Source: Torpedo marmorata (Eukaryota). Taken from it: DNA of 64,000 nt. The notes beneath the pieces are model-generated. The model was not told the DNA's origin, made no database searches, and was given only the letters and a program-made list of their open reading frames with translations. Shown piece by piece: positions 62,423 to 64,000 of the stretch (its first letter is position 1; each line of letters starts with the position of its first letter). The stretch covers positions 72,168,001 through 72,232,000 of the forward strand of contig OZ360238.1 of assembly GCA_977017645.1 (NCBI GenBank). Direction: 5' to 3'. A program made the position numbers and the translations under genes.

Positions 62423-62974
62423 TACTATTTGTTAGCTCCATCAATAGCAGTGATTCCATGATTTAGCATGTGTGCAGCCTTATAGAGTTAGAATGGCATC
62501 TCAGTTTTAGGTATGTCTGGTGTGGTCCTAGCTTTGCTTTCCTCAATGAATCAGAGTTGTCTCCAGATATTATGATAATGGCAGAGAAAGGAATTTATCG
62601 GGCCTTAAAGAGTACACGTTTATTTACCTTGTTAAAGAGCACACATCCCCAGTAGTGCCACATGAAACTGGCTATTTTAGATTACAAGTGTATAAGAAAA
62701 TCTAAACTAACATTTCTATTCAGTAATGCATCGACGAGTGGATCATGTAGTCAAATCTCTGGGTTGTGCATGAACCCATAACATTTTGATTCAGAGGCAA
62801 GAGTGCCAACAAGAAACCAAGAATAGATCCTTGAGAGAAGCCAAAGACAAGATAAAGAGAAGTACATCAGAGAAACAAAGGAAATTGAATCTGAAGAAGT
62901 CGGACAAATGTCGGACAAAAGGAACCACAAATATAAATAGATGAACGTCATAACATAACTAATTTACATATAAA

Positions 62975-63065
62975 AAAACAAATGCTGGAAGAACTCAACC
63001 AGTCAAGCAACATCTATGGAAAGAAAAACTAGTCAATGTTTTGAGTTAGTGACCCTTTCTCAGAA
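62975..63065 (-). mobile_element. Penelope pLTR remnant
   Basis: aaatgctggaagaactcaaccagtcaagcaacatctatgg matches the reverse pLTR. Confidence 0.55.
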
Positions 63066-63079
63066 TGTATTAATATAAT

Positions 63080-63440
63080 CCTTTTACAGGATATCCCAAA
63101 GGGTTATATAGTCAATAACATACTTTTGTAATATTGAAAATGTACACAGTGCACTGTAATGCCATGCAATCAGCAATTAGATAATGACTGATAAATGCTT
63201 CTGTGAATTTGATTGAGGTATAAATATTGGATAGGACACCAGCAGAACTTTGCTGCTCTGCTTCCAGTGGTACTGTGGAACGTCACAAAGGTATTTATTA
63301 CTTCACCAAAAGAGGGCACTACCGACAGTCAGCAGTACTTTTGTGCGAGACTTGCATGGATTTTGTTCTTACATGGCTGGAGAGGAACCAGAACTCACAA
63401 CTCTCTGACATAGAAATTAATATACTACCATTTGAGCCAA
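63080..63440 (-). mobile_element. Degraded DeuSINE-like (SacSINE/AmnSINE type) element
   Basis: gaggtataaatattggataggacaccagcagaact...aaagagggcactaccgacagt...gaactcacaactctctgac resembles the reverse Deu domain and tRNA head as I recall them. Confidence 0.45.
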
Positions 63441-64000
63441 TATTGACGCAAACAAAAACACACATTCTTCAGTGTTTTGTGTGCAATGCCAAGAAAGATG
63501 AATTGCTCATGTATTTAAACAAATCTCATTTTTGAATGCACCTTCTTTCAACGTCCATCACAAGTTCCCACATCCACATTAATAAAGAGAACCATCTCCA
63601 TAAATGTCTTATACTTTACCAATAAATGTACTTCTGGTGTTGATATTACTACTCGAGTGTCTACTTATGGTTTCAAAGGTTAACACAAAGGTTTTTATTC
63701 TTGATGTGGGAAAAACAATGAATGCATTAAAAAAAATTATGAATTTTGGATATAGAAGTTTTTCCTTACAATTTTTGGACAATCCATTGTTTTGCTTGAA
63801 AATGACAAGTCTTTACCTGAAAGTTTGGGAACTCGGATTGGACTTGATATGTGATTTCTAGAGACCGAAATATGATCTTTCTCTCTTGCCTGCAATCCAA
63901 GTTTTAACTCCACATGCTCAAATGACCTGATTCAACTATCCCATTCATCTTTTCTGGCTTCCGGTGTTAAAGCCATATGCTTAACAGTAGCTGAAATGAG

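Larger units (their letters stand above)
60150..62660 (-). mobile_element. Ancient degraded LINE split by two DNA-transposon insertions
   Basis: Similar to 49225-49440 and 51330-52200 (aagtcaggatg, cagcaacatcctggagctgggatga, aattcacatttgttaggcgagcatctgcattgtagct). Confidence 0.45.
7919..64000 (+). other. ZNF536: Long ZNF536 intron (phase 1), no downstream exon recognised
   Basis: GT donor at 7919; no zinc-finger or ZNF536-like ORF in the rest of the track; an exon shorter than 60 codons could have been missed. Confidence 0.7.

Overview
Vertebrate genomic DNA, most likely a cartilaginous fish (inferred from the V-SINE/HE1-like SINEs, HER1-like CR1, and the Penelope and Rex1 repertoire). The only host coding sequence I can support is the large first coding exon of ZNF536 (+ strand, exon 5747-7918, ATG at 5749, seven C2H2 fingers). 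The remaining ~56 kb downstream appears to be its long intron; no next exon was recognised. The intron alternates between TE-poor, TAAT/octamer-rich blocks (candidate conserved enhancers) and a dense, often nested set of mobile elements. These include three L1-clade insertions with target-site duplications (TSDs), one carrying a twin-priming-type 5' inversion; a near full-length CR1; Rex1/Babar and L2 fragments; Penelope copies with hammerhead-like cores; two solo LTRs; V-SINEs; two copies of a CpG-rich non-autonomous retroposon; hAT and Tc1/mariner MITEs; a Chapaev3-like remnant; and an apparently intact pogo-superfamily (Passer-like, DD35D) transposon. There is no CRISPR array, rRNA or tRNA gene. 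I found no clearly new biological system. The best leads are the intact transposon, the inverted L1, the CpG-rich retroposon, and the fact that the ZNF536 exon would give a stop-free ORF if circularised. All family assignments come from motif recognition without database searches.
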